From assembly GCA_963778555.1 (NCBI GenBank), contig CAVZUR010000002.1, forward strand, positions 37,817 through 101,816: a stretch of DNA of 64,000 nt. The letters run 5' to 3'. The notes under the pieces are model-generated. The model saw only the letters and a program-made list of their open reading frames with translations. It was not told the DNA's origin and ran no database searches. The stretch is from Candidatus Moraniibacteriota bacterium (GTDB lineage Bacteria > Patescibacteriota > Minisyncoccia > Moranbacterales > UBA1568). Shown here one piece after another: positions 19,310 through 30,183 of this stretch; position 1 is the first letter of the stretch; the number at the start of each line of letters is the position of its first letter. The position numbers and the translations under genes are program-made.

Positions 19310-20230
19310 ATGCTCAAAAAGGCTATCCTCGCGACGATTGCCTACTATGACGCCCTCGAATATCCTTTGACTGGGTTTGAGGTGTGGAAGCATCTCATCC
19401 AGCCGAGCGAGGCACTGACAGTCGGTCCAACACTCGGGGAGACGAACGCAGCGCTCGAGGGCTCATTCAGAGCGGAACGGCCTCGCTGTTCCGGGGTTTT
19501 GTCGTACTGCCGGGTCGGGAATTGCTCGTTCCGACCGCGTATCCGCTCCGAAAAACACGCGGTGAGAAAAATCAAGCGCGCCGTGCAGCTCGTTCGCTCG
19601 CTCGCTTGGGTACCTTTTGTCCGGATGATCGGACTGACAGGAAGTCTCTCGATGAAGCGCGGCGACGAGCACAGCGATTGGGACTTGTTCGTCGTGCTTC
19701 AGAAGGGGGCGATTTGGCGCGGCCGGACGGCATTATCGCTCATCCTCCAGCTGATGGGCAAGCGCCGCCACGGGCGGGCCATCGAAAATCGCGCCTGTCT
19801 CAATCATTTCGTGACGGATGGCAGCCTCGAGATCGTCCTACAGGATTTTTTTTCGGCACATGAGTATCGATTCATGTACCCGATCGTCGGGGAGGAGACG
19901 TTCCGTCGTTTCGAGTTGGCCAATCGCTGGATGGTCAAGATCAAACCGGCGTTCCGCCCGGCGGACCTGCCGGTTTTCTGGATGCGCCGATCCAGGAATT
20001 TCCAGCGATGGATCCAGCGATGGTTGGAAAGACTCTGTTCCTGGAATGGCCTGGAGGCTCGGCTGGCGCGGTGGCAGAAAATGAAAATCATGAATAATCC
20101 GAAATCGCGCGCGCCAGGCGCCTTCATCGTGGCGACGGACGACGCGCTTATCTTTCTCCCGCATCCCAAAGGACCGATGGTTTTCGAACGTTTCAAGGAA
20201 AAACTTTCGATCGCGAGTCTTTCGCTCTAG
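19310..20230 (+). CDS. nucleotidyltransferase-fold family protein (CPR-type 'MLKKAILxxAYYDxxEYPLT' family), probably carrying two compensating frameshifts
   Basis: NTase motif 'GLTGSLSMKRGDEHSDWDLFVV', plus 'ACLNHF' and 'FSAHEY' blocks. The middle segment reads as protein only in the +2 frame ('FRGFVVLPGRELLVP...RKTRGEKNQARRAARSLA'). A (CGCT)3 repeat lies at 19595-19606. Confidence 0.6.
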   Translation: MLKKAILATIAYYDALEYPLTGFEVWKHLIQPSEALTVGPTLGETNAALEGSFRAERPRCSGVLSYCRVGNCSFRPRIRSEKHAVRKIKRAVQLVRSLAWVPFVRMIGLTGSLSMKRGDEHSDWDLFVVLQKGAIWRGRTALSLILQLMGKRRHGRAIENRACLNHFVTDGSLEIVLQDFFSAHEYRFMYPIVGEETFRRFELANRWMVKIKPAFRPADLPVFWMRRSRNFQRWIQRWLERLCSWNGLEARLARWQKMKIMNNPKSRAPGAFIVATDDALIFLPHPKGPMVFERFKEKLSIASLSL

Positions 20231-20283
20231 GCACGCCTGCCACGTGCTATAATGGGGAAAAAGAAAAGCAAAAGAGAACGGCT

Positions 20284-21508
20284 ATGCCGAAGTATTTGTA
20301 TACAGCGAGAAATATCTCGACGGGCGAGACGAAAGGCGGGGAGATCATCGGCAAGGATGAAAGCCATGTCGGTCAGGATCTCCGCGGTCAAGGGTATCTC
20401 GTCACATCCCTCAAGCTCATAGAAGAAGCGACGGAAGGCGTCCAGGTAAAGTTCCTTGACCGCTTCCGGTCGGTGCCATTGAAGGAAAAGATGATGTTTA
20501 CGCGAAACCTCGCGGTTATGACATCATCGGGTTTGACGATTTCACGCGCCATCCATAATCTCGCCCTGCAGACGAAAAACAAGCGCTTTCAGAAGATCCT
20601 GAACGACGTGCATGATGATGTCCAGGCAGGCAAGCAACTCTCTGAAGGTTTGGCCAAATACCCGAGCGTATTCAACGATCTGTTCGTCAACATGGTTTCG
20701 GTCGGGGAAGTCTCGGGAAATCTGGAGGAGGTGCTCGATATCCTCGCGCTTCAGCTTGAGAAGGAGCACGAACTCCTCTCCAAGGTGCGCGGAGCGCTGA
20801 TTTATCCAGCGGTCATCGTTGTCGCCATGATCGGCATCGCGACGCTGATGCTCACCTATATCCTGCCGAAGATTACGCAGACATTCGTCGATATGGACGT
20901 GAAGCTTCCCGCCACGACGCTCTTCATCATGGGGCTTTCAAGTTTCCTTATCACTCACTGGCTCTTGTCGCGTCCTGATCGTCGTCGGATCGATGGTGGC
21001 CGTCCGCGTCGCCGCCAAGACTGAAGCGGGCCGTTATTTTCTCCATTGGCTGGTGCTGCGGCTGCCGATCGTCGGCAATATCGTCATCAAAGTGAACTGC
21101 GCGCGTTTCGCCCGCATTTACAGCTCGCTCTTGAAGAGCGGGGTCTCGGTTATCAACGCGCTGACCATCGTTTCTCGGACTCTGGGCAATGTCTATTACA
21201 AGGAAGCCCTGATCAAAGGCGTGGAAGAGATTCAGAAAGGGACAGAGCTTTCCAAGATCATCGGACAATACCCCGTGATTTTCCCGATACTCGTGACCCA
21301 GATCATCCAGGTCGGCGAAGAGACCGGAAAGACAGAGAACGTCCTTCAGCGCTTGGCGGAGTTCTATGAGGAGGAGGTTTCTCAGATCACGAAGAATATG
21401 TCATCGATCATCGAGCCGATCCTGATGCTCCTCATCGGCAGCATGGTCGGTTTCATGGCTGTGGCCATGCTCCAGCCGATGTACAGCGTCCTGGAAAATA
21501 TCCAGTAA
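20284..21508 (+). CDS. pilC: type IV pilus assembly platform protein PilC / GspF family, frameshifted (fragments 20284..21024 and 20993..21508)
   Basis: Two T2SSF domains split across frames. The frame changes near 20965-20975: '...LITHWLL' is followed in another frame by 'VLIVVGSMVAVRVAAKTEAGRY...'. Confidence 0.85.
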
Positions 21509-22900
21509 TGATTTCCCGTATGCAGAGATCTACCGAACGGCGATCACTCCAGGGATTCACCCTCGTCGAAGGGATGGTCATGCTGTTTCTCTTCGTGTTG
21601 ATTACGACCGTTTTCTTCCAGACGTTTGCCTACGGTACGGCGCTCGTCCAGCAATCGAAGTATCGTTTGGGTGCGGTAGCGCTGGCTAACCAGAAAATGG
21701 AAATCATTCGGAGCCTGGATTACGACAATATCGGCACAATCTCCGGCATTCCGGCGGGCGATATCACGGAGGATGAATCGGTGCAGGTGAATAATAATTT
21801 GTACCAGGTCCACACCTTTATCCAATACGCAGACGACGTATTCGATGGGAGGCTGGGGGACAGTCCGAACGACTTGGTGCCGAACGATTACAAGCGCGCG
21901 CGGGTTGAAGTTGCCTGGGGAGCGGAGAGCGAATCCGAGAAAGTCGCGCTCTTCTCGACTTTCGCCCCACCTGGAGTCGAGCAATCCGTCGGGTGGAGGC
22001 ATTCTCTCCATTAACATCCTTGACTCACAAGGAAACGGGGTTTCAGGCGCGACGGTTCACATTACGAATAGCGCCGTGAGCCCGACGATCGATGTGACGA
22101 CGGCCACGGACTCAACCGGTAATCTTTTCCTGGTTGGCGCGCCAGCCAGTTCGCAGCAATATCATGTGACGTTCTCCAAGAGCGGGTATTTTGGCAGCCT
22201 GACCTATGCGCCCTACCCCACGACGGCCTTCATCCCGACCGACGTCCATGCCTCAGTCGTCAATGCGACCGTCAATCCGGCGTCATTCGTCATGGATCGA
22301 TCCTCGACCCTTCACCTGAGAACCAAGGATTCATTCGGTGTGGCGATACCGGATATCGATTATCGGATCGATGGCGGCCGTCAGATTGGCACGCAGTCTG
22401 GTACAGGAGTTGCCGTCTACGATTTTGGTGAGGCTGCAACGACCGATACGAGCGGCGAGCATGATTACGCGAATCGGAGTTACGGGAGCTATATCTGGAC
22501 GCTCGACGCCGGTGAGACAGGGTACGCGTTCATCCGGCTTTCTCCCGAGTCAGGTTCGGGCGCCAATCTTATCACGCTGACGCCCGATACCACCCAGGAA
22601 GTCCAGATGATCCTCGCTGATGAAGCGGTAAACGGAGTGCTCTTCACGGTGACGAATGCTGACGATGCTACGATCGTCAACGGCGCGTCGGTGCAACTGA
22701 CCAATGCAACACTCGCCTACGATGAAACAGTGACAGCGAACATCTATGGTAAAGTCTATTTCCCCGCGAGCGCCACGCCGGGACTGGCCGCCGGAACCTA
22801 TGACTACGAGATCGTCGCCGCTGGCTATACGACTAAGACCGGCACGGTCACGGTGACCACCGGTTTGGAAGTAACCACCATTGGCCTGAATCCATCATGA
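21508..22900 (+). CDS. prepilin-type N-terminal cleavage/methylation domain protein (large pseudopilin), frameshifted at GGG 21991-21993
   Basis: Pilin leader 'LQGFTLVEGMVMLFLFVL'. ORF 21508..22014 continues as 21845..22900 once a single G is removed ('...EQSVGGGILSINILDSQGNG...'). Confidence 0.75.
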
Positions 22901-23552
22901 TGCAATATCCGTTCCCAATTCGTCGAACCAAGAAGCTGAAGGGTCTGACACTGGTTGAAATGCTAGTTGCTATTTTCATCATGTCGGCGGGGATGCTCGG
23001 CTTCTACCCTCCTCTTTTCAAGCAGCTGGAAAAGCAATAAATTCATACTCGAGACCGGGTACCACGGCAGTCCGGGTAAATCGGGCCTCAAGCGAGATTA
23101 TCAATAATCTTCGCAAAGTCCGTCAAGCCGACAATGGCGATTATCCGATCGAATCTGGCGATGATTTTGATATTCAGGTCTACCTGGATATCGATAATGA
23201 CGGGGTGACAGAGCGGGTGCATTATTGGCTCGATACGGTCAATGATTGGTTGATGCTGGGTATTCGCGAACCTTCGTCGGCGGTCCCTCCGAGTTATGCA
23301 TCTGGCGATGGTACGACCAGGATTCTCGCCGAGTACATTGTCAACGAAGCCGCTCAGCCGGTTTTCTACTACTATAATGAGAATTATCCAGGCGATACGG
23401 TGAATAACCCGATTCCGACGCCCATCGCGATCGAAAATGTTCGGCTAGTGAGAATTTTGCTCCGGATGAATATCGACCCGATTAAAGCGCCGAACAATAT
23501 CAACGTCGAATCCTTCGTGGATCTCCGTAATCTCGAATCATATGGCAATTAG
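22897..23552 (+). CDS. prepilin-type N-terminal domain protein (pseudopilin), frameshifted near 22995-23010
   Basis: A 47-aa ORF 22897..23040 carries 'KGLTLVEMLVAIFIMSAGMLGF'. The 0 frame is open from about 22980 and runs into ORF 23205..23552 ('...SSFQAAGKAINSYS...DIDNDGVTERVHYW...'). Confidence 0.65.
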
Positions 23553-25000
23553 TTCCGCAATAAGGAAAAAAGGAAGCGCGCTCGTGTACGCTCTGGTCAT
23601 CATGACGGTCGTGCAGATTGTGCTGGTCTCGATCGTCGAATATCGTCTCAACGAACATCAAGTACACTCTGAATATCCGTTCGCGCGAACAAGCGCTGCA
23701 GATTGCGGAGGCGGGAATCGATTTCTACCGCTGGTATCTCGCGCATAATGTGGAGGGAAGGACCGCGTCGCAGATCCAGAGCTTCTGGGACGACGGGAGC
23801 GCATATGGCGTGGGGACAGCCTATGAATCGGACTATTCGGATCCGAGCGGCGGAGTCATCGGCCGCTATCGTCTCGAAGTTACGCCTCCGGCGACCGGTT
23901 CAACGATTGCAATGGTGAAATCGACCGGTTGGACGTACAAATACCCGGCGGTCACGCGCGTGCTTCAGGTCCGGCTGCGTCGGCCGTCGTGGAGCGAAAA
24001 CGCCGTGCTGGCGAACGACTTCATGCGCTTCGGTGCGGGGACGGAAACCTTCGGCAAGATTCACTCCAATTATGGCATCCGCTTCGACGGGCTTGCCCAC
24101 AATGTCCTGTCGAGCGCCGTGTATAAGTATAATGATCCCGACCATACGGGCGGCGATGAATTCGGCGTGCATACGCATGACACGCCAGTCGACCCGTTGC
24201 CGGTGTCGCCCGCATTGCCTCCGGCCCGGACCGATGTCTTTGAGGCAGGACGGGAGCTTGAGGTTGCCACCATTGATTTCAATGGCGTGCTCGGTGACTT
24301 GAGCCTGATGAAGACAGCCGCCCAGTCGACCAGTTCGTACTACAGCGGTGCAGGTGCGGGCAATCTCGGGACGCGGGTTATCCTGAAATCCAACGGGACC
24401 TATGATACCTGCAAGGTAAATGCCTATAATACGGCTTATTCCATAACGCGGTATCTGAGGACTTCTAGCTCAAGCACGTGTGCCGCTTGTTCGGGATTAT
24501 GCCTGAGCAATCATACGATACCGGATGACGGAGTGATTTTCGTCGAAGATAACGCGTGGATAGAGGGTACCATCAACGATCGGAAAGTGACGATCGTGGC
24601 CGCCGATCTTCTCGGCGGCGCGGCGCCCTCAGTCTATATCCTGAATGATATCCGCTATACTAATGCGGATGGCAGGGATGTCATCGGTATCATCGGTCAG
24701 AACAATATCGAAATCGGGTGGGCCAGCGAAAGTGATCTGCGCATCGATGCTGCGCTTCTGGCGCAGCAGGGACGAGTCGGCCGCGAGCACTACACGTCAA
24801 AGGGCTACTCACCGGATTCGAAGTCAGTTATCACGGTCTATGGCGCCATCGCGACCAATCTCCGTTACGGTTTTGCTTGGACCGACGGGACTGGCTATAT
24901 CACTCGCAACCTCTACTATGATAATAATCTTCTTTACTATCCGCCGCCGTATTTTCCAACGGGTACGCAGTACGAACTCGATCTCTGGGAAGAGCTCTAG
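23542..25000 (+). CDS. PilX-like / pilus-associated large pseudopilin, frameshifted near 23656-23665
   Basis: The N-terminal TM 'LVYALVIMTVVQIVLVSIVEYRLNEHQ' (ORF 23542..23748) continues in the +1 frame as 'KYTLNIRSREQALQIAEAGIDFYRWYL...' (ORF 23618..25000). Confidence 0.65.
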
Positions 25001-25055
25001 TCGCGCGTGGTATGATGATGAGTGAAGAAAAAAGAAACGAAACAAACATGCCGCT

Positions 25056-26150
25056 ATGAGTTTTTTTCGGAAAAAGATTTTTGATCTCTTCCCTCAGCCC
25101 TTCGGCCTGGATCTGTCCGATCTTTCGGTCAAAGCGGTCTGGCTGGAGCGCGAGGGGAAGGAGGACATCGTCTCCAGTTTCGGATCGGTTCCGATCGCCA
25201 TCGGCAGCATCGTAGACGGGGATATCATAAAGGAGGACGTGGTCGTGCAGGCCATCAAAGACCTGCTCGAGAAGACGAAACCGCGGCCGGTCAAGACACG
25301 CAAGGTCATCTGTTCATTGCCGGAAACCAAAGCGTTTCTCCGAGTCGTCTCATTGCCCGAAATGCCGAGCGACGAAGTGAGGGAGGCGATCAAATGGGAA
25401 ATCGAGGCCAATATCCCGCTCACGCTCGACCAAGTGTACTACGATTATCAGATTCTCGATAAGAAACTCGTCAAGGAAAAAAACAAATTGAGCGTGCTAG
25501 TGGTGGCGGTGGCGCGGAGCATGGTCGACCAGATTCACGCGGTCTTGGAGAAGTCCGGACTGGAAGTGGTCGGGCTGGAGACGGAGTCGATCGCCCAGGC
25601 GCGCAGTCTGCTCATTGAGAAGGACGAGGATAAGACGCGGATGATCGTGGATATCGGCGATCGGCGGACCAGCTTTCTGGTCGCAATCGGCCATACGCCC
25701 TGTTTCACATCGAGCGTTCCGCTTTCCTCCCAGATGATTTCCGATGCTATTTCGAAGGAGATGCGCATTTCATTCGAAGAAGCCGAGGCCATGAAGATCA
25801 AGTACGGACTGGGATCGCTCGCCATGCAAAGCCCGCTCTTCAAGGCCGCCCAGCCGATTCTCGAGAATCTGGCCGTCGAGATCGAACGCTCGACGAATTT
25901 TTATCTCAGCAATCTCGGCTATTCGAACGCGATCGATAACATCGTGCTCTGCGGCGGCGGATCGAATATGAAAGGGCTCCTGCCGTATATGACGAAACGC
26001 CTGAACCAATCGGTCGAGTTCGGCAACCCCTGGGTCAATATCCAGCTCGGCCGGACACTCCCACCAATCGATCGGGGACATTCGGTCCAATACTCAACGG
26101 CCATCGGCCTCGCGCTGCGCGGCCTGGATGAATATGAGGATCTTACTTAA
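25056..26150 (+). CDS. pilM: type IV pilus assembly protein PilM (actin-like ATPase)
   Basis: 364 aa with an actin/FtsA-like fold, directly followed by the pilN and pilO homologues. Confidence 0.85.
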   Translation: MSFFRKKIFDLFPQPFGLDLSDLSVKAVWLEREGKEDIVSSFGSVPIAIGSIVDGDIIKEDVVVQAIKDLLEKTKPRPVKTRKVICSLPETKAFLRVVSLPEMPSDEVREAIKWEIEANIPLTLDQVYYDYQILDKKLVKEKNKLSVLVVAVARSMVDQIHAVLEKSGLEVVGLETESIAQARSLLIEKDEDKTRMIVDIGDRRTSFLVAIGHTPCFTSSVPLSSQMISDAISKEMRISFEEAEAMKIKYGLGSLAMQSPLFKAAQPILENLAVEIERSTNFYLSNLGYSNAIDNIVLCGGGSNMKGLLPYMTKRLNQSVEFGNPWVNIQLGRTLPPIDRGHSVQYSTAIGLALRGLDEYEDLT

Positions 26151-26692
26151 TATCTTGCCGGAAGAGAAACGGAACGGAATCGTTCGACGATTCCGCTCCC
26201 GGTTTTTCCTATGGCAGACAGTACTTATACTCCTCCTCGAGGTGTACTATGTGGCTGTTCTCGGGGGAATCTATATGATACTGAATTACCAAACTGAGGT
26301 GGGAACGGAATCACTCATTACTTTTGACCAGTACAGCGAAGAAGCGAAAAAACTCAGCGAATATCAGGAAGAATTCAAGCAAATCAATGCTCAGACGGAA
26401 AAAGTCAATCGCTATCAGCGTGCTCACTTTCATTGGAGCGCGCTCTTTGTCGCTGCTTCAGGAGCTCGCTCCCAAGGGAGTCGTCATCGTCGAGCTCCTG
26501 ACGAAGGATTATACGGTTTCGATTTCCGGCCAGGCAGGGACACGCGACCAATTTCTCGAATTCGAATCGGCCCTGAAAGGAGCGGAATGTGTCAGTGATG
26601 TCCGGGTCCCGATTTCGAACCTGTTTTCTCAAAAAGAAATTGAATTTCAAGTGGATTTCAAGCTGAAGCGGGAATGTCTGCTCCATCTATAA
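26128..26692 (+). CDS. pilN: PilN-like pilus assembly protein, frameshifted (fragments 26128..26598 and 26324..26692)
   Basis: The N-terminal TM and coiled coil lie in frame 1. The C-terminal 'SLLQELAPKGVVIVELLTKDYTVSISGQA...' lies in the +1 frame. The switch is near 26420-26460. Confidence 0.65.
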
Positions 26693-26696
26693 CACT

Positions 26697-27440
26697 ATGA
26701 CCAGCCCGAATATCGCACAACTGAAGCCATGGCTCATGCAGAGCGCACTGATCGTCATGATTGGACTGGCGGGCTGGTTCGTCATCCGGCCGTTTCTCGT
26801 GACCATCAAAGGGAAAATGGATGATATTCAACGACTTTCTGTGACGCGGGAGCACAGGGAGAAGCAGCTCGAAAAACTTCCCGATCTGGAGACCCAGCAC
26901 GCTTTGATTGAAGCGGAAGGAGATCAAATCGACATCATCCTGACCAAGGAGCGTCTCGTCGAATTCATCGAGACGCTTGAGCGGTTGGCATTGGTTGATG
27001 CTGTTGAGATTGAGATTGAATCGCGCGATAATGCTTTCCTCGAAAGCAAAGTGACCGCTGTGGAGAAGACAACAAAGAAGGAGGGCGCGAAGCCAGCCGC
27101 TACGGACAATCTGGATGAGCCCGTCGAGACCCCGAAACGCGGGGCGAAGGAAACCGGTATTATCACGGAACTGCCGCTCAAGACATTCCTGAAGCTCACC
27201 ATCACGGTCACGGGAGAATATGCCTCCGTCGTCCGATACCTCCATCACCTCGAAACGCTGCCTTATGCGCTCGATGTCATCGCTCTGAATATCAAAGAGC
27301 ACCCAGAGACTGGGGAGGAATTATCGTCCGAATCTGGTGTATTCAACCCGTTTGGAGAAGCAGTGCCAGAGGTGACGCGGGTTGCTCCCAAAGGGAGGCT
27401 GGACGCCACCTTCGAAACGGTCGTGTATATAAAAGAATAA
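26697..27440 (+). CDS. pilO: PilO-like pilus assembly protein
   Basis: N-terminal TM, a coiled coil and a C-terminal beta domain, positioned after pilM and pilN. Confidence 0.6.
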   Translation: MTSPNIAQLKPWLMQSALIVMIGLAGWFVIRPFLVTIKGKMDDIQRLSVTREHREKQLEKLPDLETQHALIEAEGDQIDIILTKERLVEFIETLERLALVDAVEIEIESRDNAFLESKVTAVEKTTKKEGAKPAATDNLDEPVETPKRGAKETGIITELPLKTFLKLTITVTGEYASVVRYLHHLETLPYALDVIALNIKEHPETGEELSSESGVFNPFGEAVPEVTRVAPKGRLDATFETVVYIKE

Positions 27441-27443
27441 CCT

Positions 27444-27770
27444 ATGAAATTCTCCCTGAAGCAGATCTCATTTGACTCGGTCAGGCGCCGGAGTCTTTAC
27501 TTCTGGATCCGGCATTACAAATCACTGTTTGCGATTCTCTTTTTTGTGCTGTCGGGATTCGCTGGCTATCAGTGGCACCGTGACCTCTATCGTTATACCT
27601 GGTCAGTAGAGGAACGAAAGGAGTATCTTGAGACGATTGCCAAAGAAACCGTCTTTCAAGAAAAGAAATTTCAAGATGCATTGGGACAATTACAACAGAC
27701 CCGCGAAATACATCAGTCGGATTTTAATCCAGGGAGAGATTTGTTTGAAGGCGTTCGGAAGAAGGAATAG
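27444..27770 (+). CDS. hypothetical membrane-anchored protein (possible PilP-like accessory)
   Basis: 108 aa with a single TM, last gene of the pil block. The PilP-like function is guessed from position only. Confidence 0.4.
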   Translation: MKFSLKQISFDSVRRRSLYFWIRHYKSLFAILFFVLSGFAGYQWHRDLYRYTWSVEERKEYLETIAKETVFQEKKFQDALGQLQQTREIHQSDFNPGRDLFEGVRKKE

Positions 27771-27828
27771 GAATCTTGACGACTTGATATATTCGGGGTA
27801 GAGTATCCGAACGTTCAATTACCACACT

Positions 27829-28869
27829 ATGGGAACACGTTCCGCGACACTCACTGCGATCTTTTATGGACAACCCGCCTTTCGCCTCCGCCAAGCGGAG
27901 GCGGCTTTGTTTCGGCCAGAATGGCGTTCTTGGGAGAGTGTGACTGTACTGCCGAAGGAATGGCGTTCGAAACTCTCATTGGAAGCTGCCTGGCTCACGC
28001 TGCGGGAAGGAGCGCTGCTCCAGAGCGCGAAGAAAGACACCTTCAAAGCGATCCTTGAAACGGCGGATGGGAAACGCATCGAGACCGTGCTCATGCAGAA
28101 TGCCCGCGGTTTCTGGAGCATCTGCGTCTCCTCCCAGGTCGGTTGCGCCATGGCTTGCACATTCTGTGCGACGGGCAAAATGGGCTATACGCGCAATCTT
28201 ACGGCTGATGAGATTATCGACCAGTATCGCTACTGGATGTATTTTCTGGATGAACATCGTGATTTGGCACAGCGTATCAGCAATGTCGTCTACATGGGGA
28301 TGGGGGAACCATTGGCGAACTACGACAACGTGAAATCCTCGCTCCAGGCCTTCCTCGCCCACACCGACATGGGACCGACGCGGCTGACCGTCTCGACAGT
28401 CGGTCTTATCCCGATGCTCCGGAAACTCCTCACCGACGAAACGTGGCCTCCCGTCCGGCTTGCTATCTCTCTCCACAGCGCCGATGCCAAGACGCGGACC
28501 GATATCATGCCATCGTCGTATCCGAAATTCCTCGACGATCTGGCAGCGTGGACAAAGGAGTATTTCTTGAAATTTGAGAGCCGGCGGCGGCACCTGACTT
28601 TCGAGTACATCATGTTGGCCGGCGTGAATGATACGTCTGCACATGCCGACAAACTCGTCGCGTTCGCGAGGAAAGTCGGTAAGGTGAAGATCAACCTGAT
28701 TCCGTACAATGATACGAAAAGCAAGTACAGCACGAGTGTGAGTACGGCCCTTATCGCTTTTGAAACCAAACTGAACCGGGCAGGGCTCGATGTCACGCGC
28801 CGCCGGACCATGGGCGCCGATATCGCCGCCGCCTGCGGCCAGCTCATTGTGGAAAAGAATTCAGCGTAG
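27829..28869 (+). CDS. rlmN: 23S rRNA (adenine2503-C2)-methyltransferase RlmN (radical SAM)
   Basis: Radical SAM 'CAMACTFC' and RlmN/Cfr family blocks. Confidence 0.85.
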   Translation: MGTRSATLTAIFYGQPAFRLRQAEAALFRPEWRSWESVTVLPKEWRSKLSLEAAWLTLREGALLQSAKKDTFKAILETADGKRIETVLMQNARGFWSICVSSQVGCAMACTFCATGKMGYTRNLTADEIIDQYRYWMYFLDEHRDLAQRISNVVYMGMGEPLANYDNVKSSLQAFLAHTDMGPTRLTVSTVGLIPMLRKLLTDETWPPVRLAISLHSADAKTRTDIMPSSYPKFLDDLAAWTKEYFLKFESRRRHLTFEYIMLAGVNDTSAHADKLVAFARKVGKVKINLIPYNDTKSKYSTSVSTALIAFETKLNRAGLDVTRRRTMGADIAAACGQLIVEKNSA

Positions 28870-28919
28870 TACTTTCCGATTGATTCCAGAGGTGTTTCCG
28901 GTTACAATCGTTAGGTTAT

Positions 28920-30119
28920 ATGAGAAAGCGATATTTCATCCAAACCTTCGGGTGCCAGCAGAATACGGCTGATTCCGAGCGGCTGGCGAGCTATTATGAG
29001 GCACGCGGCTTCGAGGCGGCACCGAGCCTAGAGAAGGCTGACACGCTCATCGTGAATACCTGCATCGTGCGCGACCGGGCCGAGGAGAAAGTCTACGGTC
29101 TGGTACAGAATCTCCGCGAAAAATCGAAGCGCGGACCTGATGATTTGCATATCGTCATCACGGGCTGCTTGGTCGGGGCAGCGGCCCGCGAACCGTCGGG
29201 GAAACTCATTCAGCGCATGAAAGCACGCCTACCGAATGAGGAATTCCTGCCGCTCGAAGATGTCGGTTTCGAGCCGGAACCAAAGCGTGGTGCCGGAAAT
29301 ATGGCCTCCGTTGTCATCTCGAACGGCTGCAATAACTACTGCGCATTCTGCATCGTACCATTTTCTCGGGGCAAAGAACGTTCCCGGGCGTTCGCCGAGA
29401 TCCTGCATGAAGTGCGCGAAGCCGTTCGAGGAGGGAAAACCGAAGTGATGCTGCTCGGTCAGAACGTAAATTCGTATGGTGCGGATTTTCTCATGGAAAA
29501 TATACGGGCTGGTTCGGAGTATGCGCTGCCAGACGGTACGGCCGTGAAGCCAGTGATGGTCAAACACTTGGGCCGTCATCGCATCCCAACCCTTTTTCCA
29601 CATCTGCTCGAAGCGGTTGCTCTGATTCCGGGTGTAAAAAAGGTAATGTTTCTCTCAGCCAATCCGTGGGACTTCTCGGACGAACTCATCGAGTCAATCG
29701 CACGACATCCGAATATCGATCGTCTGCTTCACCTCCCTATCCAGGCGGGGAGCGACAAGATTCTCCGGGCTATGAATCGCTGGTATACCCGCGATGAGTA
29801 TTTGGCGCTCATCGATCGGATCCGGTCCAAGGTATCGGACGTCCGATTCACGACGGATATCATCGTCGGCTTTCCGAGCGAGACGCGGGCGGATTTCGAA
29901 CAGACACTCGATATCGCCAATCGAGTGAAATTCGACAAGGCCTTCATTGCCTGGTATTCGCCGCGTCATGGCACGGCAGCACTCAAGATGGGCGATGACG
30001 TGGATATCCACGAAAAGAAGCGTCGCTATACCGAACTCGATCACCTCGTCTTGCGTCTCTCGGGCAGGGAATATCTGATTGGAAAAACTCTGAAAAAAAT
30101 GGCTCCAATCGCTGCGTAA
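28920..30119 (+). CDS. miaB: radical-SAM methylthiotransferase (MiaB/RimO family)
   Basis: MTTase N-terminal domain 'IQTFGCQQN...NTCIV' and radical SAM 'CNNYCAFCIVP'. It is upstream of a promoter TTGATT-17-TACAAT at 28876-28904. Confidence 0.8.
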   Translation: MRKRYFIQTFGCQQNTADSERLASYYEARGFEAAPSLEKADTLIVNTCIVRDRAEEKVYGLVQNLREKSKRGPDDLHIVITGCLVGAAAREPSGKLIQRMKARLPNEEFLPLEDVGFEPEPKRGAGNMASVVISNGCNNYCAFCIVPFSRGKERSRAFAEILHEVREAVRGGKTEVMLLGQNVNSYGADFLMENIRAGSEYALPDGTAVKPVMVKHLGRHRIPTLFPHLLEAVALIPGVKKVMFLSANPWDFSDELIESIARHPNIDRLLHLPIQAGSDKILRAMNRWYTRDEYLALIDRIRSKVSDVRFTTDIIVGFPSETRADFEQTLDIANRVKFDKAFIAWYSPRHGTAALKMGDDVDIHEKKRRYTELDHLVLRLSGREYLIGKTLKKMAPIAA

Positions 30120-30183
30120 GAGCCACCAGCGTTGCTGTTATACCCGGATGAGAAGTGCTAGGATAAGGGGAGAAAACCCCGCT

